Positions 39,242 through 48,662 of a stretch of DNA of 64,000 bases are shown piece after piece (position 1 is the stretch's first letter; the number at the start of each line of letters is the position of its first letter). Made by a program: the position numbers and the translations under genes. The DNA is taken from positions 62,001 to 126,000 of the IMG/VR virus record IMGVR_UViG_3300042562_001598; one strand, written 5' to 3'. Below the pieces are notes generated by a model that had not been told where the DNA came from, searched no databases, and saw only the letters and a program-made list of their open reading frames with translations.

Positions 39242-40582
39242 ATGAAAAAAATTAAATTAACCGAACAAGGTTTACATAAATTAATCAGAACTATTGTTGA
39301 ACAAGTTGAGGAAACATACCTTAAAGTTCCGGCTGAACAATATCGTGATTTATTAGAAAAAGCGAGTAATGACCCAAGTCTTTTAGCCAGAATAAAAACT
39401 TTAAAGGGGAAGTCACTTATTATTGTTGGAGATTTGAAATTAAAAGGTTTACCGATTGATAATTTAGGAAACATTAAAGTTGTTCAAGGTTCATTAGATA
39501 TTAGTGATACAAATATCAGAGACCTTAAAGGTGTTGAGGTAACAGGTTATGTTACGGATTGGAATACACCATTCGCTAAAATAAGAGAAAGAGCTCAGGA
39601 GAGAAAGAAATATGAAGAAGCTGAAAGTAATAGAGAGGATGATGTTTGGAATCGTACTAATGAGAATATTGATGATGTAGGGTTAAAGGCTAACGCTTTA
39701 TTTGAACATTTAGTTAGTATTGGTGTTATTGATGAGTTAACTGAAGATGATATTGCGGAAATAGAAACTTTACAAAACAGAAGTAATTCATTACAAGAGA
39801 GATTTGCAGAAACAGAAGACTCGGAAGAGACTAATAGATTACGTGATGAAATTTCTGATATTGATGAAAGAATTGATGAAATTAGAGGTGAAAAACAAGA
39901 TATCTATAATATTATAAACACTAGTTACCAAGCCTATGGTCTTACTCATTTTGAGGTTTTAGGATTAGGTCGTGAGTATTCAGTTGGAACTGAATATGAA
40001 ATGGATGCTGCGGCATATGAGTATATGGAGAGCATGATTGACGACATTGGTGTTGAAGGTTATAGAGATGATGTTCTTGAAGATTTTTTAGATATTGATG
40101 ACTTACTTGATTCTGAAAGAGAACATTATGAGTATGATGTTAGTGATAGTCCGGAATCTTATTTTAATGCTGATGATTATGAATTAACTCCAGAACAAGA
40201 AGAAAGAAAAGAACAACTTGAGTCTGAAATTGAGACCTATGAAGAACGATTATCTGAATACGAAGAAGGGTCTGACGAATACGACCAAATTCAAGAACAT
40301 TTAGAGACTTTACAAGAAGAATTAGATAGTATTGAGGTTGATATGGAACCAACCCAAGAAATGATTGATAGAGTTGTAGAAGATAGATTAGATGATATTA
40401 AGAGAGACCCAGCTGGTCACATAAAAGATATGGGATATGACCTTAAAGATTATGTTGACAAAGACGCATTAATTAAATATGTGATTCAACAAGATGGATA
40501 CGGTTTAATGTCAGGGTATGATGGAGATGTTGATGAAGTAAGAATTGGTAGTGAACTATATTATGTAATAAGAGAAAATTAA
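39242..40582 (+). CDS. Very acidic protein with N-terminal leader and short LRR/L-domain-like repeats
   Basis: MKKIKLTEQGL...IVEQ leader; VGDLKL...VQGSLDI...VTG repeats; D/E-rich coiled coils. Confidence 0.65.
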   Translation: MKKIKLTEQGLHKLIRTIVEQVEETYLKVPAEQYRDLLEKASNDPSLLARIKTLKGKSLIIVGDLKLKGLPIDNLGNIKVVQGSLDISDTNIRDLKGVEVTGYVTDWNTPFAKIRERAQERKKYEEAESNREDDVWNRTNENIDDVGLKANALFEHLVSIGVIDELTEDDIAEIETLQNRSNSLQERFAETEDSEETNRLRDEISDIDERIDEIRGEKQDIYNIINTSYQAYGLTHFEVLGLGREYSVGTEYEMDAAAYEYMESMIDDIGVEGYRDDVLEDFLDIDDLLDSEREHYEYDVSDSPESYFNADDYELTPEQEERKEQLESEIETYEERLSEYEEGSDEYDQIQEHLETLQEELDSIEVDMEPTQEMIDRVVEDRLDDIKRDPAGHIKDMGYDLKDYVDKDALIKYVIQQDGYGLMSGYDGDVDEVRIGSELYYVIREN

Positions 40583-41352
40583 TGGACAAATTAAGAAATA
40601 AAAAAGTATCATTTATTATGAATACAGATTGGATTTTTGACGGAGTTTTAGATTCCGAACAAAAACAATATGTATTACTTGATTATTTCCAAAAAATGAA
40701 TAAATACCTCGAGGATATGAAGATATATCCTATGTTTATTGAATTATCATTACATTTGGGTAATATACAAACATTATTAACTCAAAATAAAATATTATAT
40801 GTTGATAGACAATTCACCTCAAATGATGATGAATTAATATTATCAGACTTAAAATTGAAAGATATCCCAGTCTTAGCTGACGAGGAGGTTGAAGAATACC
40901 ATAAGATATTAAAAATGGCTCAACCACAATTACATGACTACTTCAACTTTGCGAAATCAATATGGAGCGTAGCTTATGATTCAGTGGAAGTAACATTAAA
41001 AAAGAATAAAAATAATTTAAAAAGTAAATCAGGTTTTTTTTATTATAAATCAAAAGATAAATTGTATATTTGGCGATATGTAACAAAGAAAGTTTATAAA
41101 GTTAAAAATCAAACAAGAACATCATTAACTTTAGTGTATGAAGGTTTACAAAATGATTTGACAATACAAGATAATATATTTAAATTTTCTAAAACTTACG
41201 ATAAGAATAACGAAGAGAGTTATCCAGTATTTGAAGTATCGTCTGATGACATATTTCCATTACAAGAAACACTAATTCCTATGTTCAAAAGAAAAGTTGT
41301 TGCTTATATAAAACAAAACGGAAGTGTTAAACGAAATATCAAATTAGAATGA
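40582..41352 (+). CDS. Hypothetical protein
   Basis: 256-aa ORF with DSEQKQYVLLDY and FPLQETLIP motifs. Confidence 0.6.
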   Translation: MDKLRNKKVSFIMNTDWIFDGVLDSEQKQYVLLDYFQKMNKYLEDMKIYPMFIELSLHLGNIQTLLTQNKILYVDRQFTSNDDELILSDLKLKDIPVLADEEVEEYHKILKMAQPQLHDYFNFAKSIWSVAYDSVEVTLKKNKNNLKSKSGFFYYKSKDKLYIWRYVTKKVYKVKNQTRTSLTLVYEGLQNDLTIQDNIFKFSKTYDKNNEESYPVFEVSSDDIFPLQETLIPMFKRKVVAYIKQNGSVKRNIKLE

Positions 41353-41570
41353 GTATAAATAAAAGAATTGTGAATTTTAATATGGTTATTAACTATATTA
41401 ATTGTAACTTGCCACTCAATTCATTATTCAACACTGATACACTAATTTTAACGGATGATGAAACATCCGAAATATATAAGTGGGTAAAAAAAGGAAAAAC
41501 AAACGAACAAGTCAAATCAAAAATTATTAAACATTATGGAAAAAACTCAAGCCAATTTGTTGTTAGCTAA
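41349..41570 (+). CDS. Hypothetical protein
   Basis: 73-aa ORF with ATGA coupling. Confidence 0.5.
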   Translation: MSINKRIVNFNMVINYINCNLPLNSLFNTDTLILTDDETSEIYKWVKKGKTNEQVKSKIIKHYGKNSSQFVVS

Positions 41571-41724
41571 ATTAAGACAACCTATTCACATTAATTATGT
41601 ATCTAAATACATTCTTAAAGAAAGTATTGAACAAACGAAAGTCATCTTAAATAAATTAATTGAAGATGGTGTTGTTGAAGAATATGTAAAAACTAAAGAC
41701 TATTACGTCGTTAAAAACAGTTAA
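41536..41724 (+). CDS. Small putative winged-helix protein
   Basis: ILNKLIEDGVVEE...YY wHTH-like pattern. Confidence 0.45.
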   Translation: MEKTQANLLLAKLRQPIHINYVSKYILKESIEQTKVILNKLIEDGVVEEYVKTKDYYVVKNS

Positions 41725-41725
41725 T

Positions 41726-41947
41726 ATGGAAAAAGAAATGGTTAAAAACCCTAGTCATTATGGGGGAGCCGATAATCAATATGAGGCCATAAAAGTAATT
41801 GAGGCGTGGGACTTAGACTTCCATTTAGGTAATACTGTCAAATATATTTCAAGGGCTGGAAAGAAAGATACCGATAAAGAAATACAAGACCTAAAGAAAG
41901 CTGCATGGTACTTGGAAAGAAAAATCAAAAATTTGGAGAACATTTAG
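41726..41947 (+). CDS. DUF3310 (SaV-like) protein
   Basis: VKNPSHY, EAIKVIE, FHLGNTVKYISRAGKK, DLKKAAWYL. Confidence 0.85.
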   Translation: MEKEMVKNPSHYGGADNQYEAIKVIEAWDLDFHLGNTVKYISRAGKKDTDKEIQDLKKAAWYLERKIKNLENI

Positions 41948-41991
41948 TTCTCCTTTTTGTTTTACAGTATATTTATTAATAAACTATTATT

Positions 41992-42396
41992 ATGAAAAAC
42001 AGATTTATAATTTCGGAAGAAGAAAAGAAAAGTATACTTGGACTACACGAAACATTCAAGAACACTGAAATATTAAAAGAACAGGAAGAAGTTCTTAACC
42101 AAAATTTTATTATGGCCGTACAAGATTTCTTAAACCAAACTCAAGGAACTAAATTAGTTGTTGATGGGTTAAGTGGACCTGGTTCTAAAACTGAAGAAGC
42201 TGTTATGGAATATCAATCTAAAATAGGTGCAGTCCCTACAGATGGTAAAATAGGTTCTGAAACTATTGCTAAAATGAAAGTTAAAGACCCTCGTAATTTT
42301 GAGAAATTTGAGGAAATGATTGCTAAACATGGTGACTTTATGGAAAAATTAAGTCATTTAGCAAATCAAGGATTAAATAAACTAAAGTTTGAATAA
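41992..42396 (+). CDS. Peptidoglycan-binding domain protein with N-terminal leader
   Basis: VQDFLN...LVVDGLSGP..TEEAVMEYQ...DGKIGSET; leader MKNRFIISEEEK; TATTTAT at 41970. Confidence 0.75.
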   Translation: MKNRFIISEEEKKSILGLHETFKNTEILKEQEEVLNQNFIMAVQDFLNQTQGTKLVVDGLSGPGSKTEEAVMEYQSKIGAVPTDGKIGSETIAKMKVKDPRNFEKFEEMIAKHGDFMEKLSHLANQGLNKLKFE

Positions 42397-43499
42397 TGAA
42401 TAGATTAGTACTAACTGAAAAAGAATTCAGAGATAAAACAAGACAAATATTCAAGGAAGAACAATATAAGATTGCTGAAGAAAAATTTAATAATTTAACT
42501 AAAGTTGATAAAATATTTGTTGTTGAATTCTTAAAAGAAATTTACCCTGATAAAAGTGTTTTATTGAATGAAGATAAATGGTATAACACATTAGGTGATA
42601 TTGCTGGTATATTTGACCCCACCGGTATTATTGATGTTGTTAATGGTATTAGTTATTGGAGACAGGGTGATAAGTTATTTGCTTTATTATCTTGGATATC
42701 CGCGATTCCGTTCTTGGGTGACGCTATAGCTAAACCTGTTATTAGTGTTATGAAAGTAGGTGGTGATAGTGCTAAAGTATTTAAGAGTGCTGTTATTGCT
42801 GGTGATGCCGCAAAAATGGCTAAAACCGCTAAAGAAATGGGTGGACCTGTTGCTAAACTTGTTGAGACCTCACCTATGTGGGCTAGCAAATTGATTGCTG
42901 CTTTACGAGGTTCTATAGGTAAAGTTCCATTTTTGGGAACTAGATTTGTTGGATTAGTTGAGGAATTTTTACAAATATTTGTTAAAGGTTCTAAAGGACT
43001 TGAAGGTTCTGCAAAATTAGTAGGTAAATTAGAAACTAAAGGTTTATCTCAAGTTGAGAAACAAGCTTTATTAAATCAGATAGCTAAAGAAAGTAAATTT
43101 AGAGGGTTTAGAGACTATAAAAATATAAACCCTACATTATTCTCCAGGGTAGCCGGTGGTGTTCCTAGATTGTGGGGAAATAGAGCTACAAGGTCATTAA
43201 TGAGAAGAACTAAATGGTATTTGGGTTTATTGGATTCTGTTGGTGTTGGTAATTTTGTTGGTCCTGAAGAATTGGAAAAACAGATTCCTAATTTGGAACA
43301 AAAAGTTGCTAAATATAGTAAGACACAAAAATCACAAGATTTATGGAATGAAGAATTTGGTGATGTTAAAGATGGTGAGACACCAATAAAACCTGTGACC
43401 TCTGTCGCACCTGAAAAACCAACTGGTGATACTAATACTGACCCAATTGGTAGTTTTATTAGTTCTTTAATGGGTGGTGCGATAAAATCAATGATATAA
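42396..43499 (+). CDS. Protein with pre-toxin (PT-TG-like) hydrophobic segment and N-terminal leader
   Basis: DIAGIFDPTGIIDVVNGISYWRQGDKLFALLSWISAIPFLGD. Confidence 0.5.
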   Translation: MNRLVLTEKEFRDKTRQIFKEEQYKIAEEKFNNLTKVDKIFVVEFLKEIYPDKSVLLNEDKWYNTLGDIAGIFDPTGIIDVVNGISYWRQGDKLFALLSWISAIPFLGDAIAKPVISVMKVGGDSAKVFKSAVIAGDAAKMAKTAKEMGGPVAKLVETSPMWASKLIAALRGSIGKVPFLGTRFVGLVEEFLQIFVKGSKGLEGSAKLVGKLETKGLSQVEKQALLNQIAKESKFRGFRDYKNINPTLFSRVAGGVPRLWGNRATRSLMRRTKWYLGLLDSVGVGNFVGPEELEKQIPNLEQKVAKYSKTQKSQDLWNEEFGDVKDGETPIKPVTSVAPEKPTGDTNTDPIGSFISSLMGGAIKSMI

Positions 43500-43510
43500 A
43501 ATAGTACAAA

Positions 43511-44941
43511 ATGAAGATTAAAAAAAATACACAAGTTATTATTGAAAGTGGGTTAAGAAATATTCGTTCTCTTGCTGATAGATACAAAAAAGCTAAAATA
43601 TATTTTCATCAAGATTTAGATGGTGTGGTTAGTGCAATTGCTATGAAGGAATACCTGAATAATAATGGTATTAAAGTAGTTGATTGTGAAGTTATTCAAT
43701 ATGGTGATAAAGAATTTGCGGTTAAGAAAGCTGATGCTAAAGGTGAAGTTATGCCTGTTTTAGTCGATTTTGCCCACGGCAAGCCAATGTTCATAATTCA
43801 CACCGACCACCACGATAGACAAGCTGGAGCTGAAGATACAGGTTCAACCTCTTTTAGACAAGCTCGTTCTAATGTTGAAACAATATCACAAATTGTATCA
43901 CCAAAAGAATTATTTACAAATGCTGACATCTTATTAATTTCAACGGTTGACTCCGCAAATTATGCGATGAATGATATTAGTGTTGATGAGGTTATTAACT
44001 ATATTTTTAAGTTAGATAAAGGCAAATCAATTGAGAAGAATAAAATGTTGATGGGTCTAGTAACAAATAAATTATTGTTAGCCTTTAAAAACAAACCAAG
44101 ATTTTTGGAAAGATTAGTGATGGACTCAACCCCATCTTTATTAAATATTTTACAGAATATCAAAAAAATTATGGTTGAGAAGGGCTATGCTAAAGTAGAA
44201 CAACTACAAAAGAACAAGGAAACTTATATTAAACAAATGGCTAATAGTCCTGCTGTGAAAGTTATGGGGAATATCATAGTTCAATGGGGTGGAGGAAATA
44301 TGTTTTCACCAGGTTCTTACGATAGATACACACCATTTAAAAATAATCCTGAAGCTGATTTTTTAGTGATTGGTTGGGGTGATATAGGGTTGGTTCAAGC
44401 ATCTTGTAATCCATATAAGAAAGATAGGGCTTTAAAAGGGATTGATTTAGGAAAAATTAAAGATATTGTTCTTTCAAAATGGGAAAGTAGATTGAAGTTA
44501 AAAGATATTTCATTATCAACACTTAAATGGATGTCTGAAAATAGTAAAGATTTTAATGAAGAATCAATAGGATTTACATTTAAAGATTTTGTTGCGATTT
44601 ATGGTGAAGATTTCAAAAAAATAGATAATGGTCGTGACTTATTAACTAAAATTGGTTATAGCATGATTAAACCTTATATATCAATGAGTGAAGAAGAAAA
44701 ACAATTGATGGAAAATATAAATATTACAGCTTGGGATGTTATTGATAAAGTCAGTGGTGGTCATAAATGTATTACTAATATTTCAGGATTGAATTATTTA
44801 GGTAAAGATTTACAAAGACCTGGTGATGAAGACATTATGTATGTTAAAGATATTGATAAACAAGCGACTATTAAATTCACAAAAATGATTCAGGATGAGT
44901 TTGTAAGAGTGTTACAAGAGAAAATTGAATCAGAGAAATAA
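43511..44941 (+). CDS. DHH-family phosphoesterase
   Basis: HQDLDG, VDF, HTDHH and SGGHK motifs. Confidence 0.75.
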   Translation: MKIKKNTQVIIESGLRNIRSLADRYKKAKIYFHQDLDGVVSAIAMKEYLNNNGIKVVDCEVIQYGDKEFAVKKADAKGEVMPVLVDFAHGKPMFIIHTDHHDRQAGAEDTGSTSFRQARSNVETISQIVSPKELFTNADILLISTVDSANYAMNDISVDEVINYIFKLDKGKSIEKNKMLMGLVTNKLLLAFKNKPRFLERLVMDSTPSLLNILQNIKKIMVEKGYAKVEQLQKNKETYIKQMANSPAVKVMGNIIVQWGGGNMFSPGSYDRYTPFKNNPEADFLVIGWGDIGLVQASCNPYKKDRALKGIDLGKIKDIVLSKWESRLKLKDISLSTLKWMSENSKDFNEESIGFTFKDFVAIYGEDFKKIDNGRDLLTKIGYSMIKPYISMSEEEKQLMENINITAWDVIDKVSGGHKCITNISGLNYLGKDLQRPGDEDIMYVKDIDKQATIKFTKMIQDEFVRVLQEKIESEK

Positions 44942-44944
44942 AAT

Positions 44945-44975
44945 AAAAAATGACCTATTATAGGTCATTTTTTTA
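44945..44975. terminator. Bidirectional terminator
   Basis: AAAAAATGACCTA-tta-TAGGTCATTTTTT. Confidence 0.8.
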
Positions 44976-45317
44976 TTATACAGATATTCTATCCCCAATT
45001 TTAATACCTAACTTCTTACAGGTATTACCATCAACCTCAAGGATTGTATCTCCGTGACCGCAGTAGTTATTGCAATCTTTTGTTTTACATGGGGGGCAAT
45101 TATGGTGGATATTAGTTATTACATTATCTTGGATGAATATGATATCTAGTGGTATTACACAATTTTTCATATAGAAACAATGTGGCCCATCTGACATAAG
45201 GAATAACATCCCGTTTACTTTATCATTAAATTTTTTACCCATCATACCTTCGGACCATTGTTCTTGGGTTAACATGGTCTTTACATTGAAGGTGTTGTTT
45301 TTTATTTTTATCTTCAT
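44976..45317 (-). CDS. DUF192 family protein
   Basis: GMM, GMLF, FYMKN..IPLDIIFI, PC, LEV..N, GIKIGD. Confidence 0.85.
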   Translation of the reverse strand: MKIKIKNNTFNVKTMLTQEQWSEGMMGKKFNDKVNGMLFLMSDGPHCFYMKNCVIPLDIIFIQDNVITNIHHNCPPCKTKDCNNYCGHGDTILEVDGNTCKKLGIKIGDRISV

Positions 45318-45344
45318 ATTTATAAATATAACAAATTACTGAAA

Positions 45345-45758
45345 ATGGTTAAAAAAAGATACGCAGGTGTTTTAGTAAAATCAAACGATAAGGTTTTATT
45401 ATGTAAAAGAAATAACAAGGGGAGTTTACCTGGGGAATGGTCAATTCCTTGTGGTGGTCTTGATAAAGATGAGAATCCTGTTGAAGGTGCCGCAAGAGAA
45501 TATTATGAGGAAACTAATAATAAGATAAGTGCTCCTTTAGAGTTATGTGGTATTATTACTCGTTATGGTCGTGATGGTATAAATAAAAAGGGTGAATTAT
45601 CAGTATATTTGATGGATGTTGATGAGGATATCATGCCGGATTTGGAAAACGCAAAGGACGGAAATGAACATACAGACTGTGGTTATTATAGTTTAGACGA
45701 CTTACCAACACCCTTGGGGAGTGAATTAGAGGGGATTATTAGAAGAATGTTAAAATAA
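45345..45758 (+). CDS. NUDIX hydrolase
   Basis: Nudix box GGLDKDENPVEGAAREYYEET. Confidence 0.85.
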   Translation: MVKKRYAGVLVKSNDKVLLCKRNNKGSLPGEWSIPCGGLDKDENPVEGAAREYYEETNNKISAPLELCGIITRYGRDGINKKGELSVYLMDVDEDIMPDLENAKDGNEHTDCGYYSLDDLPTPLGSELEGIIRRMLK

Positions 45759-45799
45759 TGCTAAATCATTTACTTTTATAAAGTATTGTTGTATTTATA

Positions 45800-45873
45800 T
45801 ATTCACACTACTACCTCTCCTTTCGATAGATTTAGAATCTCGTCAATCTAAAAAATTGATGAGATTTTTTTTT
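45800..45873 (+). ncRNA. Candidate small RNA (late promoter to terminator, no ORF)
   Basis: TATTTAT 45792-98, C/U-rich CACACTACTACCTCTCCTTTCG, then AATCTCGTCAAT/ATTGATGAGATT + T-run. Confidence 0.35.
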
Positions 45874-45917
45874 GTTTTATATTGAAATTATGTTTATCTT
45901 TGAAAAAAATAAATGAG

Positions 45918-46193
45918 ATGACAACTACAAAATTTAATATAAGAATTGAGAACGAGAAATTTGGTTCATTGTTGAATGAGACATTCATTGATGCAACACA
46001 ATTCAAATTATTCTTGAAGATGATTCAAGGTTGTATTGCCTTGAAAAACGATTTAACATTCTTTAACGGAACCGACTTCTTGGTTCATATCCCTAATAGA
46101 ATTTTAGTTGATTCTATTATTGTAACTAATAATGTTGAATATGATTTGGCTGACCATATGAGAAGTAAGGTGGAGGCTTTGGTGACTAAATAA
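45918..46193 (+). CDS. Hypothetical protein
   Basis: ATG after TTTG-N20-TAtcTTTG (45871-902). Confidence 0.6.
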   Translation: MTTTKFNIRIENEKFGSLLNETFIDATQFKLFLKMIQGCIALKNDLTFFNGTDFLVHIPNRILVDSIIVTNNVEYDLADHMRSKVEALVTK

Positions 46194-46280
46194 AATTGAC
46201 TAATGGGGAAAATTATCTTATTATTTTTTACAATAAACTTTTGTTATGGTTTTAATATATTTATTGTTAAAGACATAACT

Positions 46281-46709
46281 ATGGGTAAGAAATTTATAAT
46301 TACGGAAGAAGAAAAGAACGAAATAAAAACATTATATAACATTAATGAACAAGGTAATACTTTTGTTAAAAGATACAATAAGTTTATTACTTATGTTGAT
46401 GATATGAAAAGTGTTGAAAATGGGGGAGACTTCATTGTTAAGTTTAGTAATGGACTTGTGTTTATAACTAATATGGGTAATTCAAAAATGGTTCAGTTCG
46501 CTCAAGATGGAGGTGTTACTAAAGGAACTATGGAGGGTAAAGAATATCAAATGATTGAGTGTAAACAATCGGATGGAAAAGATGTTGTATTTTTATTGTT
46601 CAACGATGGGAAACTAAGGGTATCATTAACATCTTTAATAATAAAACAAATGGAACTAACTGATATTCCTAATAATCCTGAAGAGAATTACATTGAATTC
46701 TACAAATAA
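46281..46709 (+). CDS. Hypothetical protein with N-terminal leader
   Basis: MGKKFIITEEEKNEIKTLYNINEQ; TATTTAT at 46258. Confidence 0.6.
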   Translation: MGKKFIITEEEKNEIKTLYNINEQGNTFVKRYNKFITYVDDMKSVENGGDFIVKFSNGLVFITNMGNSKMVQFAQDGGVTKGTMEGKEYQMIECKQSDGKDVVFLLFNDGKLRVSLTSLIIKQMELTDIPNNPEENYIEFYK

Positions 46710-46819
46710 TAGTTTGCTTATTTATATAAAATAAGATGGTGGAGTGGTTAACTTATGTTGACCCCAAAAAAAAGGAGGTAACTATTACCTCTTTTTTCTT
46801 TTTTATTATATTTATAAAT

Positions 46820-47167
46820 ATGAAAGTCATTATTACAGAGAATAGAATATATAATATTGCTAAAAAAGAGTTAACCAAGAAGTTTGGTGATTTAATTCTG
46901 TTTAAGGATGAAAAATTCCCAAATAGGGTTTTCTATATTGACGAACAACAAAAAGTTTATTTTGATAATAATAAAATTGATGATAATGTCAGAATTAATT
47001 ATCATATTTTTGGACCATTTTTAGAAGACACCTTTCAATTTGAGTATGAACAAATACTACAAGTTACAAAGGAATGGTTAGAGGAACATTACAATTTAGA
47101 AATAAATAAATTATACGCGGTTAATCCTATTACTGAGATTCGTTGGAGAAATATTACGAATAGATAA
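46820..47167 (+). CDS. Hypothetical protein with MKVIITE leader (family with 53005, 9955)
   Basis: TATTTATAAATA at 46809-20; clear similarity to 53005..53397. Confidence 0.65.
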   Translation: MKVIITENRIYNIAKKELTKKFGDLILFKDEKFPNRVFYIDEQQKVYFDNNKIDDNVRINYHIFGPFLEDTFQFEYEQILQVTKEWLEEHYNLEINKLYAVNPITEIRWRNITNR

Positions 47168-47184
47168 AATAAATAAAAAACAAT

Positions 47185-47502
47185 ATGGGAAATATAATTA
47201 TCACAGAAAAACAATTAAACTTATTGGTTGATAAGTTTAAGAACAATATAAATGAAGAACACGAAGGTGGTTCTTACATGGCTAAAGAACAACTATACAC
47301 TATAGCGACTTTAGCTATGAAGATGTGGGAAAAAATGGAAGATGGTGACCAATTAGAGGATTGGCAAGAAACTAAAATCGCACAATCAGAACAATCAATA
47401 ATATCTGTTGTTAAACATTTTATGTATGGTGAAACTGAAACCAAAGATACTAATAGTGGTATGGATAGATTAGATTTTGGTGATATTATAATAGGTCAAT
47501 AA
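47185..47502 (+). CDS. Putative head-associated protein with leader
   Basis: MGNIIITEKQL...INEE; YMAKEQL...LEDWQETKIAQ. Confidence 0.55.
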   Translation: MGNIIITEKQLNLLVDKFKNNINEEHEGGSYMAKEQLYTIATLAMKMWEKMEDGDQLEDWQETKIAQSEQSIISVVKHFMYGETETKDTNSGMDRLDFGDIIIGQ

Positions 47503-47521
47503 ATAATAAAAAAATAAAAAT

Positions 47522-48130
47522 ATGAGTGATATCACAAAACAATTCAAGGATAATTTAGCTAAAGAAGTTAACAAGACGGTTATTAACGAAAAAATGTCAA
47601 AAGAGACTGGTTCTGATAATACATTAACAAATGTTAACAACATTGCAGTTTATCTATTGGATGATAAAACAATAAAAATCATTACTGAAAGAATTAAAGA
47701 TGAGTATGCCGCTCATTATTATTACAGAGCTGCAGCTAATTGGTGTAGAGATATGAATTATAAAAAAGCTGCTGAATTCTTCTCTAATGAAGCTGACGAT
47801 GAGTTAACTCACGCAAAAACATTACAGGAGTATATGGTTGATTTTAATATTATACCTGAAATACCTCAAGCTAAAATTAAACACGAATTTAATAATTTAA
47901 TAGATGTTGTTTATGGTGCTTATAAAATGGAGTTGGGTCTTATGAATTCTTATAATAAAAACTCGCAAGAGTTATTTAATAGTGATATCACTACTTACGA
48001 TTTATTTACTAAATTCAGAAAAATACAAAAAAATGCGGTTGTTGAATATAATGATTTGATTAACGCAAGTAACTTAATTGATAAGAAAGATAAATTTCAA
48101 GTTCTTTATTTTGAACAGACTTATTTTTAA
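47522..48130 (+). CDS. Ferritin-like protein
   Basis: DEYAAHYYY, AAEFF..EADDELTHA, E, Q ferroxidase-pattern residues; N-terminal extension ending VINE. Confidence 0.8.
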   Translation: MSDITKQFKDNLAKEVNKTVINEKMSKETGSDNTLTNVNNIAVYLLDDKTIKIITERIKDEYAAHYYYRAAANWCRDMNYKKAAEFFSNEADDELTHAKTLQEYMVDFNIIPEIPQAKIKHEFNNLIDVVYGAYKMELGLMNSYNKNSQELFNSDITTYDLFTKFRKIQKNAVVEYNDLINASNLIDKKDKFQVLYFEQTYF

Positions 48131-48134
48131 TTAA

Positions 48135-48572
48135 ATGGAAAAAGTTTTCTTTGGTCAAGACTATCAATTTGGGCATTGCCACTATTTCGCTGAATACTTG
48201 AAAAAAGTATTTGAAAAGGTATTACCTAATGAGGAGATAAAGTATCATTTAATATTAGCTGAAAGAACTGATAGACAAGGTGAAAACATTGACGATGTAT
48301 TGGTTCATGCTTATCTTAAAGTTGGTGGTTATTTAATTGACTCTGAAGGTGTGTATGATATTTCTATTGCTTCAGAGAGGGAAAAAGACTGGGCGGATAA
48401 AGAAAAAGATTTAACACCGGATGGTTATAATTTTGAGACCTGGGAAGAAGAATCCGATGAGATACCAGAATTTTACTTTAATAGATTTTGTTCAAAGAAT
48501 AAACTAAAACAAGATGTTATTGATTTTATAAAACGAGATGATGTTGAAGAATTAATAAACAGTTTAAGATAA
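48135..48572 (+). CDS. Hypothetical protein (possible Cys-His-Asp fold)
   Basis: GHCHYFA...VHAY...LIDSEG. Confidence 0.55.
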   Translation: MEKVFFGQDYQFGHCHYFAEYLKKVFEKVLPNEEIKYHLILAERTDRQGENIDDVLVHAYLKVGGYLIDSEGVYDISIASEREKDWADKEKDLTPDGYNFETWEEESDEIPEFYFNRFCSKNKLKQDVIDFIKRDDVEELINSLR

Positions 48573-48630
48573 CAATTAAAAATTATTACCAGCCAAATGT
48601 TACTATTAATTAATACATTTGGCTGACAAT

Positions 48631-48662
48631 AAAAAACCCATTCATAACGAATGGGTTTTTTT
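48631..48662. terminator. Bidirectional terminator
   Basis: AAAAAACCCATTC-ataac-GAATGGGTTTTTT; a second hairpin CAGCCAAATGT/ACATTTGGCTG lies at about 48590-48625. Confidence 0.8.
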
